Of a DNA stretch of 64,000 nt, positions 1 through 10,552 are shown in pieces. This DNA comes from Phycisphaerae bacterium (GTDB taxonomy: Bacteria > Planctomycetota > Phycisphaerae > UBA1845 > Fen-1342). The notes beneath the pieces were generated by a model, which saw nothing but the letters and a program-made list of their open reading frames with translations, did not search any database and was not told the origin of the DNA. The position numbers were made by a program, and so were the translations under genes. The first letter of the stretch is position 1. Every line of letters starts with the position of its first letter. The DNA is taken from NCBI GenBank assembly GCA_050115495.1, contig JASFQK010000007.1:1-64000 (forward strand). The letters run 5' to 3'.

Positions 1-316
1 CCAAAAACAAAGGCCACGGCAAGCTGAAACGCCCCAGCAAGCTGCCCACCGCTCCACCACCACGAGCAAACACCAAGAAACGAGCCGCGTGACAAGGTTA
101 GTACCATTGGGCAGAGCCCGCCCTACCGCCGCCGTCAACGGATGATCGACTACAGCCGGCGCGGCGAATGTCGCGGAGTACCGCACCGGTTTGTCGCCCA
201 TGCAGGCCGGCGGGCCTTTTCACGATCTGAATCAGCGGTTATGTTTGCGGGCCACCCTGGCCACGCTCGTCCGCCGCGGCCAGGACGTGATCCCGCATTC
301 ATCCACGCGAGGGTAG

Positions 317-3226
317 ATGATGTCCGACGCGCCCCAGCCGACCAAATTCCCCGAGAATGCCTACCGAGAGCTGAAGCCCGGCGAGAAGTACGTGCCGATG
401 GTGCCGCCCACCATGCGCGTGCCCGAGCTCACCAGGCGCATGTTCGTCTTCGGCCTCATCATGAACATCGTCTTCTCGGTAGCGGCCACCTTCCTGGCCC
501 TCAAGGCCGGCCAGGGTATCGAGACGGCCATTCCCATCTCGATCCTCGCCGTCGGCCTCTCAGGCTTCCTCCTCAAAGCCGGCGGTCGGGCCAGCTCCAT
601 CCTTGAGAACATGTACGCCCTGTCGATCAGCACCACGTCAGGGTACGTCGCCGGCGGCACGTGCTTTACGATGCCGGCGATCTACATCCTGAAGCTGAAC
701 AGCAACCTGGAGATGAGCAACCTGGCGCTGTTCCTTCAGATCACGCTGGTGCCGTTCCTCGGGGCGATCCTGGGGGCGCTCTTCCTGATCCCCTTCCGCC
801 GGTACTTCGTGAAGGACATGCACGGCAAGCTGCCCTTCCCCGAAGCGACGGCGACGAACGAGATCCTGGTCACCGGGGCATCGGGCAGCATCACGCAGGC
901 CTGGATCCTGATCTACTCCTTCGTGCTCTCGGCAATCTACACCTTCGCGGCGACCGCGCTGAAGCTCTTCAGTGACACGTTCACGACGGGCGTGGTCAAA
1001 CTGGAATCCGCCGGCCGCGAGGCCCAAGCGCTCGCCTTCGGCGCGTCGGGGGTTTTCGCGACGCTGACGACCAAGGTGAAGGCGGTCTTTTCGATGGGCG
1101 CCGGGGCGTACTACCTCGGCCTGGGCTTCATCATCGGCCCGCGCTACGCCTCGATCATCTGCGCCGGCTCGTTCCTCTCCTGCTTCGCCATCATCCCGCT
1201 GATGAGCGGCATGAACCTCACGCAGCTCCGGGACCTCAACCCGGCCTGCACGGCGCACAGCGGCGAAGCCGAGGAAGCGGCCCGCTTCACACTGCCCATG
1301 ACGTTTGACGCCGCGCTGAATTCGTTCGACGAAGAGAAGACGCCGGCGGTCCCCGAAGCCGTCACCGCCGGCCGCGCTCAGGCGACGACCAGCTTCAAGG
1401 ACCACGAGATCGAGCTCTCCGAGGACGCCAAGTTCATCCTCTGCGAAACGGACCGCGTCTGGAAGATCCTGGACGGTGACGAGACGTACGCGCTCACGCT
1501 GTCCGGCACGGACATCGCGGTAACGACCGAGGAGAAGGAAGAGGCCCTGTTCACGCTCCCGGCGACGTTCACCGCGACGCTGGCCGCCGTTCTGCCCGAG
1601 CAGGAAGCCCACCGCCTTCAGATTCGGAAGGCCTTCGCCGCTCAGGAGATCGAGCTCATCGACAACGCCACCTTCGGCGCCCGGGAGCTGGGCCGCGTCT
1701 GGGAGGTCGGCAACGGCCGCAAGAATTACCTGCTCACTCTGGGCACCGAGCAGATCGACGCCACGGTCATCGACAAACAGGAACCGGGCTTCACGTTGCC
1801 GGTGACGCTCGCTGCTGCGCTCGATGCAGCGCTCTCACCGCAGGATCGCACTCGCAGCGAGATCGGCATCGCCTTCGCGGCGGCGGCTCATCCGTTCGAG
1901 AAGGCTGGCGTCGAGATCACCGTGGAGCCGGAGGGCAAGTGGATCCTCAAGGACAAGAAGCAGACCTACGAGCTGCGAACACTGGAGGAACAAGCCGGCA
2001 TCGCCGTCTTCGCCCGCAAGGCCAGCGCCGACGAAATCTTCGGCAACATCCCCAAGAACATCGGTATCGGGGCCATCTTCACCGCGGGTCTGATCTCTAT
2101 CCTGAAGATGATGGGCGTGATCGTCACCGCCCTGCGACAGGCCCTCGGCAGCCTCTTCCGCAAGGGTACGGGTGCTGCCACCGATCGCACCGATGAGGAC
2201 ATCAGCTACGCTTGGGTCTTCATGCTGGGCATCGCCGTCGTCGCCATCATGGCGGTCTTCTTCCGGACGGTGGTCTTCGCCGGCATGGACAACGCCACCT
2301 GGCTGACGTTCATCTCCGTGGTTCTGGCCCTGGTGATCACGTTCCTGTTCACGACGGTGTCGGCCTGGGCCATCGCCATGATCTCGGTGACGCCCATCTC
2401 CGGCATGACCGTCACCACGATCATCATCACTGCCGTACTCATGATCGCCTCCGGCCTCGAGAAGGGCGATCGCGGCATGCTCGCCGTGCTGCTGGTCGGC
2501 GGCGTGGTGTGCACCGGCCTGTCGATGGCCGGCGGCCTGATCACCAACTTCAAGATGGCCTACTGGCTCGGGGCCAGCCCGAAACGTGTCACCTGGAACG
2601 CCCTCTTCGGCTCGCTGATCTCGGCCGTCTTCGTCTGCGGCACGATCATGGTCCTGGCCTACAACCCCGGCTACACGTCGGGCGATCTGGCCGCACCGCA
2701 GGCCAACATGATGGCCAGTGCCCTCGAGAGCTTCCTCGGCACCGGCGCTGTGCCCTGGCTGCTCTACGGCGTGGGCGTGATGATCGCCCTCACCGTCCAG
2801 CTCATCGGCATCCCGCCGCTGGCCTTCGGCCTGGGCATGTACCTGCCCATGTACATCAACACGCCGATCCTGCTGGGGGCGTTCGTCTCCACATTGGTGA
2901 AGAAGAGCACCAAGGATCCCAAGCTCTCCAAGGCCCGCAGCAACAAGGGCATCCTGTTGGCCTCCGGTCTCATCGCCGGCGGTGCCATCATGGAGGTGCT
3001 CATCAGCTTCACGACCTCCCTGGACGACCTCGTTTTCGGCAAGGTCGTCATGCCGTTCCTCGACCTGGGCGGTCGCATGGCGGGGGCCACCGACGAAAGC
3101 GCCGTCGCGCTGGCCCGCACGCAGAACTGGCTCGGCCTGATTCTGTTCCTCGCCCTGTGCGTCTTCGTCTACTTCGACTGCCGCCGGGCGAAGCCGGAAC
3201 TCGCCGAGGGTGGCGAACTGGGCTAA
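317..3226 (+). CDS. OPT-family oligopeptide transporter with a large internal soluble insertion
   Basis: OPT motifs (PELTRR, LKAGQGIETAIPISIL, SILEN, LPFPEATA, TPISGM, APQAN, PPLAFGLGMYLP, ASGLIAG) and many TM segments; hydrophilic insert of about 270 aa. Confidence 0.9.
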   Translation: MMSDAPQPTKFPENAYRELKPGEKYVPMVPPTMRVPELTRRMFVFGLIMNIVFSVAATFLALKAGQGIETAIPISILAVGLSGFLLKAGGRASSILENMYALSISTTSGYVAGGTCFTMPAIYILKLNSNLEMSNLALFLQITLVPFLGAILGALFLIPFRRYFVKDMHGKLPFPEATATNEILVTGASGSITQAWILIYSFVLSAIYTFAATALKLFSDTFTTGVVKLESAGREAQALAFGASGVFATLTTKVKAVFSMGAGAYYLGLGFIIGPRYASIICAGSFLSCFAIIPLMSGMNLTQLRDLNPACTAHSGEAEEAARFTLPMTFDAALNSFDEEKTPAVPEAVTAGRAQATTSFKDHEIELSEDAKFILCETDRVWKILDGDETYALTLSGTDIAVTTEEKEEALFTLPATFTATLAAVLPEQEAHRLQIRKAFAAQEIELIDNATFGARELGRVWEVGNGRKNYLLTLGTEQIDATVIDKQEPGFTLPVTLAAALDAALSPQDRTRSEIGIAFAAAAHPFEKAGVEITVEPEGKWILKDKKQTYELRTLEEQAGIAVFARKASADEIFGNIPKNIGIGAIFTAGLISILKMMGVIVTALRQALGSLFRKGTGAATDRTDEDISYAWVFMLGIAVVAIMAVFFRTVVFAGMDNATWLTFISVVLALVITFLFTTVSAWAIAMISVTPISGMTVTTIIITAVLMIASGLEKGDRGMLAVLLVGGVVCTGLSMAGGLITNFKMAYWLGASPKRVTWNALFGSLISAVFVCGTIMVLAYNPGYTSGDLAAPQANMMASALESFLGTGAVPWLLYGVGVMIALTVQLIGIPPLAFGLGMYLPMYINTPILLGAFVSTLVKKSTKDPKLSKARSNKGILLASGLIAGGAIMEVLISFTTSLDDLVFGKVVMPFLDLGGRMAGATDESAVALARTQNWLGLILFLALCVFVYFDCRRAKPELAEGGELG

Positions 3227-3487
3227 TCGCGCGAGCGTAATTCACGGCCGGGCGTACGCATCTCGCCGCGCCCGGCCGTGTGTCGATACTTGTAGGGCTA
3301 CGTCGTCGGGGCTGCTGTCGGGCTGGCCGCCAGCAGCCCCGATGGCTATCGTTAGTGCTTTCGGGGCAATCGCCGTCCCGCAGCAGCGGACATGGGCAAT
3401 GAAACGGCACGCCCTCCTGGCTGACTTCGGCCGGCCGACATGCCATCTGTACATACCGGAAACTGCATGCAGCGCGAAAGGAACACC

Positions 3488-6400
3488 ATGATGCCACGAC
3501 CGTTTCTCCGCGGCGCCGTCCTGCTGATGGCGCTCGCCTTCGTCGCCACCGTCTCCGCCGAAAGCCATCTCATGCGTATGGCCGACGTGCACGAGGACCA
3601 GATCGTCTTCACCTACGAGGGCGATCTCTGGCTCGTCAGCACCGACGGCGGCCTAGCTCGCCGACTGACCCGCGATCCGGGCATCGAGGTCTGGGCCAAG
3701 TTCTCCCCCGACGGCACCCGCATCGCCTTCGCCAGCCAGTACGACGGCGGACTCGACATCTACGTCATGCCCACCGTCGGCGGCGAACCCCAGCGCCTCA
3801 CCTATCACCCCGGCATGGAACGCGTCGTCGCCTGGTGGCCCGATGGCCGCAGCATCGTCTTCCGCTCCAATCGCGTCTGGCCCTTCCGCGGCGAAGAGCT
3901 GTACCGCGTCAGCGTCGACGGCGGCATGCCCGAACGCCTGCCCGTCGACCGTGGCGGCCTGTGCGCCGTCTCCCCCGACGGCACCCGCATCGCCTACAAC
4001 CGCATCAGCCGCGAGTCCGCCACCTGGAAGCGCCATCGCGGCGGCACGGCCCAGGACATCTGGATGGGCAGCCTCGCCGCCCAGGACTACCACAAGATCA
4101 TTGATACCGACTGGACCGATAACTACCCCATGTGGCACGGGGACAGCATTTACTTCAACTCCGACCGTGAAGACGGCACACTCAACATCCATCGCTATGA
4201 CGTGCCCACTGGCGAGACCACCCGCCTGACGCATTACACCGACTACGACGTGAAGTACCCCTCGATCGGCCCGCGGCACATCGTCTACCAGAACGCCGAG
4301 TCGCTGCACCTGCTCGACCTTGCGACCGGTCAGACGCGCGAAGTGCCCGTCGAGATCCCCTCCGACATGATCCAGATGCGGCCCAAGCTCGTCTCCGTCT
4401 CCCCGACCACCGGCTCGTTCCGCCTCTCGCCCAGCGGCAAGCGCCTCCTGCTCGAAGCCCGTGGCGAGATCCTCAACTACCCCGTCGAGGATGGCGAGCC
4501 GATCAACCTCACCGAAACCTCCGCCTCGCGCGAGAAGAACGCCGCCTGGTCGCCCGATGGCCGCTGGGTCGCCTTCATCTCCGACAAGACCGGCGAAGAG
4601 GAACTGTACCTGGTCGACCAGAAAGGCGAGCAGCCCTGGCGGCAGCTCACCACCGGCGGCCTCGGCTTCCGCATGCAAATCGAGTGGTCACCCGACAGCA
4701 AGAGCCTCATCTTCTCCGACAAGTTCATGCGGCTAAACCTGATCGATGCCGACAGCGGCGAGCTCAAGGTCCTCGACCAGTGCGAATGGGACGACGCCTG
4801 GGAGCGCTGGGGCATCCAGGACTACGTCTGGTCCCCCGACAGCCGCTGGATCGCTTATACGAAGATGGAGCAGAGCATGTACGACTCCATCTTCCTCTAC
4901 TCGCTCGACGAGGGCAAAGTCTATCGACTGACCAGCGACGAGACGGAAGACTGGAGCCCGTCCTTCGATCCCGACGGCCGCTACCTGTACTTCCTGTCGA
5001 ACCGCACGTTCTCGCCGATCATGGGCCTGGTCGACCAAAACCACGTCTTCCTGGACATGACCCGGCCGTACATCGTGCTGCTGCAGGCTGACGCCGAGTC
5101 CCCCTTCGCTCCAAAGGACTCCGAGGAAGCCGTGCCTGAGGAGGAGAAATCCGAAGAAGCCGCCGAGGAGGGATCCGAAGAGAAGGCTGAGGAAGACGAC
5201 GGTTTCCGCATCGACCTCGACGGGCTGGAGCGGCGGATCGTCGCCGCCGACGGCGTCGGCGCCGGCTCGTACTTCCGGCTGGAGGGAACCGCGAAGGGCT
5301 TCCTCTACATCGAGAAGCCCGAGCATGAATTCAGCAAGTACGGCGTGGTCACCGACGGGACCGGCGGCCGGCTCGACCTGTGGCACTACAACCTCGACGA
5401 CGCCAAGGCGACGAAGGTGCTCGGCGGCATCGCCAACTACCACCAATCCGCCGACGGAAAGAAGCTCGTCTACCGCGCGGGCCGCACCTACGGCGTCGTG
5501 GACGTCGGTTCCAAGGCCAGCGTCGGCGACGGCAAGGTCGATCTCGGGGATCTGCGCATCCGCGTCGACCGTAGCGACGAATTCCTTCAGATCTTCAACG
5601 AGGCCTGGCGCATCCAGCGTGACTGGTTCTACGACGCCCACCTGCACGGCGTCGACTGGGAGGCCGAGGGCGCCAAGTACCGCCGCTTCGTCCCCTTCTG
5701 CGGTAACCGCAGCGATCTGAACTACCTCATTGGCGAGATGATCGGCGAGCTCAACATCGGCCATACGTACGTCTACGGCGGCGACGTCGACGACGACGCC
5801 CGGCACGTTTCGGTCGGCCTGCTCGGCGCCGAGTTCGCGAAGGATGAGGGTGCGCCCTACTACCGCATCAGCTACATCGTGCCCAACACGCCGGGCGATC
5901 CCGGCGAGCGCAGCCCGCTCGACGAGCCGGGTTGCCCGATCAACGTCGGCCATTACCTGATCGCCATCGACGGCAAGGAAGTCGGCACGAACGACAACGT
6001 CTACCGCTTCCTCCAGGACAAGGCCAACCGTGTCGTCACCCTGACCTACAACGACCAGCCCACGGCCGAGGGCGCCCGCCAGTGCCGCGTCCGCACGATC
6101 GGCAGCGAGCGGGGCATCCGCTACCGCGCCTGGGTCGAGGGCAACAAGGCCTACGTCACCAAGGTCACGAACGGCGAGATCGGCTACGTGCACATCCCCA
6201 ACATGGGCGCGAATGGCCTGTGCGAGTTCGCCCGCTACTGGTACCCGCAGTACTACAAGAAGGGCATCATCATCGACGAGCGCTACAATGGCGGTGGCTT
6301 CACCGGCGACATGATCATTGACCGCCTTGAACGCCGCGTCTGGGCCATGACCCAGCCGCGCGAGGGCCAGGTCTGGCGCGATCCGGAGCGCGTCTTCGTC

Positions 6401-6778
6401 GGCCCGCTGGCCGTTCTGGTCAACGAGGATACCGGCTCCAACGGCGAGTTCTTCGCCGAGGCCATCAAGATCAAGAAGATCGCCCCCGTCATCGGCATGC
6501 GCACCTGGGGCGGGGCCATCGGCATCGAGCCGCACCAGGACACGGTCGACGGCGGCACCATCACCCCGCCGCAGTTCGGCCTCTACGGCCTGGATGGTAA
6601 ATGGCTGATCGAGGGCCGCGGCGTCGAGCCGGACATTGAGGTGCAGAACATGCCCGGCGACGTCGTCGCCGGCCGTGACGCCCAGCTCGATGCGGCGATC
6701 GAGAACCTGCAGAAGCGGATGGCGACCGAGGGCGTGACCCTGCCGCCGCCGCCGGCGTATCCGGACAAGAGCAAGTAG
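3488..6778 (+). CDS. Tricorn-like S41 peptidase (PD40/beta-propeller repeats, PDZ, S41 catalytic domain), secreted
   Basis: Signal peptide; repeated WSPDG/FSPDG motifs; IGYVHIP, IIDERYNGGG, GSNGE (catalytic Ser region), GMRTWGG; RBS GAAAGGAA before ATG 3488. Confidence 0.93.
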   Translation: MMPRPFLRGAVLLMALAFVATVSAESHLMRMADVHEDQIVFTYEGDLWLVSTDGGLARRLTRDPGIEVWAKFSPDGTRIAFASQYDGGLDIYVMPTVGGEPQRLTYHPGMERVVAWWPDGRSIVFRSNRVWPFRGEELYRVSVDGGMPERLPVDRGGLCAVSPDGTRIAYNRISRESATWKRHRGGTAQDIWMGSLAAQDYHKIIDTDWTDNYPMWHGDSIYFNSDREDGTLNIHRYDVPTGETTRLTHYTDYDVKYPSIGPRHIVYQNAESLHLLDLATGQTREVPVEIPSDMIQMRPKLVSVSPTTGSFRLSPSGKRLLLEARGEILNYPVEDGEPINLTETSASREKNAAWSPDGRWVAFISDKTGEEELYLVDQKGEQPWRQLTTGGLGFRMQIEWSPDSKSLIFSDKFMRLNLIDADSGELKVLDQCEWDDAWERWGIQDYVWSPDSRWIAYTKMEQSMYDSIFLYSLDEGKVYRLTSDETEDWSPSFDPDGRYLYFLSNRTFSPIMGLVDQNHVFLDMTRPYIVLLQADAESPFAPKDSEEAVPEEEKSEEAAEEGSEEKAEEDDGFRIDLDGLERRIVAADGVGAGSYFRLEGTAKGFLYIEKPEHEFSKYGVVTDGTGGRLDLWHYNLDDAKATKVLGGIANYHQSADGKKLVYRAGRTYGVVDVGSKASVGDGKVDLGDLRIRVDRSDEFLQIFNEAWRIQRDWFYDAHLHGVDWEAEGAKYRRFVPFCGNRSDLNYLIGEMIGELNIGHTYVYGGDVDDDARHVSVGLLGAEFAKDEGAPYYRISYIVPNTPGDPGERSPLDEPGCPINVGHYLIAIDGKEVGTNDNVYRFLQDKANRVVTLTYNDQPTAEGARQCRVRTIGSERGIRYRAWVEGNKAYVTKVTNGEIGYVHIPNMGANGLCEFARYWYPQYYKKGIIIDERYNGGGFTGDMIIDRLERRVWAMTQPREGQVWRDPERVFVGPLAVLVNEDTGSNGEFFAEAIKIKKIAPVIGMRTWGGAIGIEPHQDTVDGGTITPPQFGLYGLDGKWLIEGRGVEPDIEVQNMPGDVVAGRDAQLDAAIENLQKRMATEGVTLPPPPAYPDKSK

Positions 6779-6807
6779 CCTCCGGAAACCAACCGGGCGC
6801 AAAGCAA

Positions 6808-6845
6808 GCGGCCGGGGAAGCGCCAATCGGCGCCTCCCCGGCCGC
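6808..6845. terminator. GC-rich hairpin between convergent genes, likely bidirectional terminator
   Basis: GCGGCCGGGGAAGCGCC-AATC-GGCGCCTCCCCGGCCGC inverted repeat between the stops at 6778 and 6870. Confidence 0.6.
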
Positions 6846-6869
6846 AGTGTTTTCACTGCTGCTCAGCCC

Positions 6870-9710
6870 TTACGGCTCGAGCAGGATCGTGATGAACGGC
6901 GAGATGTCGAAGTTGTCGACGCTCCCGTCACCGTTGACATCAGCCAGCGTGTGGTCACAGCCCGGATACTGAGCGTAGTACTCCGCGTAGTCCGGCGGAG
7001 TGCTCGTCAGGGCCAGCACAAACGGGGAGATGTCGAAGTTGTCGACCAGCCCGTCGCAGTTCATGTCGCCGAGTTCGTACGAACACACTTCGCTGATCAC
7101 CAGCGGGATGGCCTTCACGTCGCTGCGGCCCAGCGAATCGGTCACCGCGAAGCGCGGCTCAAACGTGCCGAACTCCGCCGGCACGCCGTGCAGCGTTCCG
7201 TCCGCGTCGAGCACCACGCCGTCCGGCAGGGGTACCGGCTGCACGAACTCGTGCGAGTTCGCCCAGGTCAGGCTGCCAGCGCCGTCGTAACTCGACAACA
7301 GGTAGTGCACCCCGTCACCGGCGGAGATGCCGATCGTCGGCGTCAGGCCGATGTTTCCGGCTCCGTAGTTGAACTGGATGCTGCCGTTGTTGAACAGCGT
7401 GCAGGAGAAGGACAGCGGGTTGCCTGAGCAATCCCACTTGTAGACCGTGCCTACCCAGCGGATGGTCACCTGGCCCGCGACAGATTCGTCGATAAAGATG
7501 TCGTCGCCCGAGTTGCAGTTGGTGCGGATGTCATCCCACAGCGGGGCGATACGCTTGTTGGCGATCAGCTCCGCGGTGGAGTTGTCGTACTCGGAATCGC
7601 CGCCGTCAAAGTCGATCAGACCGTTGCTGGAGACGTAGACGGTGTTGTAGGTCGAGCCGAAGTAGGGGAAGCTGAACGGCAGGTCGTACGTCCAATAGCT
7701 GTCGTCGGCGCGCCAGCCCTGGGCCACGCCCACCGCGGCGAACTGGCTGCTGCCCATGTCCAACTCGAGGTACTCGTCCGTGACCATGGTCCACACCAGT
7801 TCCGGCTGGCCCTGATCCGCTTCGAGCTGAACCGGCCCGTAGGCCCGACCCAGGCACCCTTCCGGCAGCGTCTCCGTTGCGATCGTCGGCGGCCCGTACA
7901 GCACGACAACGTTGACCGTCCCGAGGTCCGAGTCACCACCGTCCGGCGGCGTGCCGCCGTCATTCGCCACGAAGGTCAGCGTGTCGTTGCCGTAATAGGC
8001 TCCGGCCGGCGTGTACAGCAGCTCGTTGCCGTTGTTGACCAGCGTGTAGGGCAGTTCGCCCGCCAGAATCACGTGGCCGTTGCCCGCGTCCGTCAGCGTG
8101 TTGCCGGCGGCCGGCAACGACACCACCTTGAACGAGATCGGCAGCGGTCCGCCGTCATAATCCGTCGCCTGCAACTCCACCGTCACCGGAACGCCCACCG
8201 GCGTCTCGTAGTATCCGTCGTACACGCGCGGCGGGTTGTCGCCGCACATGGCCAGCGCCAGGTTGACGGCCTCGTAGGCGTCGACCAGACCATAGCCGAA
8301 GTCGTTGTCCTTGCCCGTCGGCCCGAGGTCCAGAGCCGTGTCGAACATGATCTGCTTGACGTCCTGCACCGACAACTCCGGGCAGGCTTCGAGGATGAGC
8401 GCCGCCACGCCGTTGATGTGCGGCGAAGCCATCGACGTGCCCGTCTTCTGGCCATAGCTACCCGGAATCGAGGAGCGTACGCTCACCGCCGGCGCGGCGA
8501 TTTCCGGCTTGATGGCCGCTGCGCCCGTCGGCGTGCAGTGCGTCGGACCGCGCGACGAGCTGTTGTACACGACCCAATTCGGCGGGTTGTTCGCGTCGAT
8601 GCCGCCGACGGCCGTGATCTGGTAGTCGTTGTAAGCCCGATCGCCCGGCCGGCGCAGCGATTCGGCGGACGGACCTTCGTTGCCCGCCGAGAAGAAGACG
8701 ATGGTGCCCGCCGCCTCGCAGGCGTCGATGTAGCTCCAGAACGAATCATCGCACGGGGCGTTGTACGGCGGCACGTTGTGCCAAGAGCCGATGCCCCACG
8801 AGTTCGAGTTGGTGTGCGGCACGTCCCAGACGGTGTTCGGGTTGCCGTCCGGATCGATCAGCCATTGATAGGCCTCGATGGCGTCCTCGCACGTATCCAG
8901 CAGGCTAACGCGATCGACGACCGCGGCGTGAATCCACTGCGCGCCAGGCGCAACGCCGACTTCGTCGCCGGGGGCGCCGCCGCAGACCGTGCCCATCGTA
9001 TGCGTGCCGTGCGACGCACTGTCCTGCGGGAAGGTCCAGCCCGTTACGGGATCGAAGAACGCCCACTCCGGGTGGCCGGCATAGCGCGGGTCGGCCACGC
9101 CACGCCAACGGCTGGCCAGCGCCTCGTGGCTGCCGTCCACGCCCGTGTCGAGCGTCGAGACCAGCACGCCAGCGCCGGTGAAGCCCAGCGCCCACACTTC
9201 CGGGGCACGGACAGCCTGGAGGCCGACTTCCGGCGTCCGGGCGCCGCCCTGCACCGGTCCTTCGTCGATATCCTTGATCGACTCAATCGGGTAGTTGAAG
9301 TAGATCGTGCCCACGCTCGGATGCGCGGCCAGCGCGGCAACCTCCGAGGCCGGTAGGTCCACGCGGATCAGGTTCGTGATCCAGTAGGCCCGGAAACTCT
9401 CGACCTGCCCGGCGACCGTGAGCCGCTTCAGGTGATCGACCAGCGGCCCCTGCGTGGACTCCGCCTTCTCCTGCAGCGTGCGCACGACGACTTCGTGCCG
9501 CACCTGCCGCGAGGCCCGATCTTGCTCCAACATCTCGTTCAGCAGGTTGATGTCCACCCGGTCTTCCAGGTAGACGAGGACGGACACCGTGTCGCCCGGC
9601 GGCGTGATGTCCAGAATGGCCTCCAGCGCGGGATCGATCGTCCCCGCCAGGGCGGGCAGTGCCGCTGTGCACAGCAGCCCCGCCAGGATGCCCAACACGC
9701 ACTTCCTCAT
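6870..9710 (-). CDS. S8 subtilisin-like serine peptidase (bacillopeptidase F-like) with Ig-like region and C-terminal dockerin-like domain
   Basis: Catalytic motifs LDTGVD, HGTHTMGT, GTSMASPH; signal peptide MRKCVLG...; RBS AAGGAGG upstream of 9710; two C-terminal DxNxDGxVDNFD repeats. Confidence 0.93.
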   Translation of the reverse strand: MRKCVLGILAGLLCTAALPALAGTIDPALEAILDITPPGDTVSVLVYLEDRVDINLLNEMLEQDRASRQVRHEVVVRTLQEKAESTQGPLVDHLKRLTVAGQVESFRAYWITNLIRVDLPASEVAALAAHPSVGTIYFNYPIESIKDIDEGPVQGGARTPEVGLQAVRAPEVWALGFTGAGVLVSTLDTGVDGSHEALASRWRGVADPRYAGHPEWAFFDPVTGWTFPQDSASHGTHTMGTVCGGAPGDEVGVAPGAQWIHAAVVDRVSLLDTCEDAIEAYQWLIDPDGNPNTVWDVPHTNSNSWGIGSWHNVPPYNAPCDDSFWSYIDACEAAGTIVFFSAGNEGPSAESLRRPGDRAYNDYQITAVGGIDANNPPNWVVYNSSSRGPTHCTPTGAAAIKPEIAAPAVSVRSSIPGSYGQKTGTSMASPHINGVAALILEACPELSVQDVKQIMFDTALDLGPTGKDNDFGYGLVDAYEAVNLALAMCGDNPPRVYDGYYETPVGVPVTVELQATDYDGGPLPISFKVVSLPAAGNTLTDAGNGHVILAGELPYTLVNNGNELLYTPAGAYYGNDTLTFVANDGGTPPDGGDSDLGTVNVVVLYGPPTIATETLPEGCLGRAYGPVQLEADQGQPELVWTMVTDEYLELDMGSSQFAAVGVAQGWRADDSYWTYDLPFSFPYFGSTYNTVYVSSNGLIDFDGGDSEYDNSTAELIANKRIAPLWDDIRTNCNSGDDIFIDESVAGQVTIRWVGTVYKWDCSGNPLSFSCTLFNNGSIQFNYGAGNIGLTPTIGISAGDGVHYLLSSYDGAGSLTWANSHEFVQPVPLPDGVVLDADGTLHGVPAEFGTFEPRFAVTDSLGRSDVKAIPLVISEVCSYELGDMNCDGLVDNFDISPFVLALTSTPPDYAEYYAQYPGCDHTLADVNGDGSVDNFDISPFITILLEP

Positions 9711-10172
9711 TACTGACCTCCTTGTGAAAACCACTCTTCAGCACACTCGTTGACCGGCCGGCGCCGCTCGGTTCGCCTGGCTTTGGTGCACACCGTCCGC
9801 GCAGGCTCGGGTGGCAGTGCTCTCGGGCCAGCACTCCTCGCCCGGCCGCACCGCGCACGCCAACACTGCCCTCGTGACTTCATGCGCACACTCGCCCCCC
9901 AGGTTCCCAGCGTTTCGCCGACCCAGCCTCCAGACTGACCCGTTAGTGTCAGGCTAGCAGCCCGGACTGGCCAAGTCAAAACAATTGTCCCACGGCTCCC
10001 CCTGCGCGCAGGAAAGCCGCACGCGTTCGGCGGCCGAACGCTTATCGGACAATAATCTGCTTCACGGGAAGCCGACGCGGCCCGGCGCAAGGCCGGTACC
10101 GACGCCGGCAACAGGCGCGTCGTCTCGCGGGCCGCCGGCCGGCCCTTCATCCGCCGCCGCCGGCCCGCCCGC

Positions 10173-10550
10173 TTAGCCCTTCAGCTTCGACTTCAGGATC
10201 GTCAGCAGCGTGTTATTGTCGATCGGCTTCTGGAACACGCCGGACAGGCCGAGTTCGGCGTAGTCGGTGCTGAGGTTCAGGTTGTCGCCGACCGAGCTCA
10301 GCATGTAGATCGGCGCCTGGTTGCCCAGCGCCTTCAGCTCTTTGACGAAGGACGTACCGGCGTCGACCTCTTCCATCATCAGGTCGACGATGAGCAGGTC
10401 GGGCTGCGACGCCTTATAGGCCTTCAGCCCTTCCTCGGCACTCCGCGCTTCCAGCATCTGGTACCCGTTCTTTTCGAGCACCACGCGCAGCGCGTACAGA
10501 ATGTCCTCATCATCGTCGATACAGAGAATCACGTGTTTGCCAGCTTGCAT
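10173..10550 (-). CDS. Single-domain response regulator (receiver only)
   Basis: ILCIDDD, LLIVDLMM (phospho-Asp), LSS, QKP motifs; no output domain. Confidence 0.88.
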   Translation of the reverse strand: MQAGKHVILCIDDDEDILYALRVVLEKNGYQMLEARSAEEGLKAYKASQPDLLIVDLMMEEVDAGTSFVKELKALGNQAPIYMLSSVGDNLNLSTDYAELGLSGVFQKPIDNNTLLTILKSKLKG

Positions 10551-10552
10551 GG

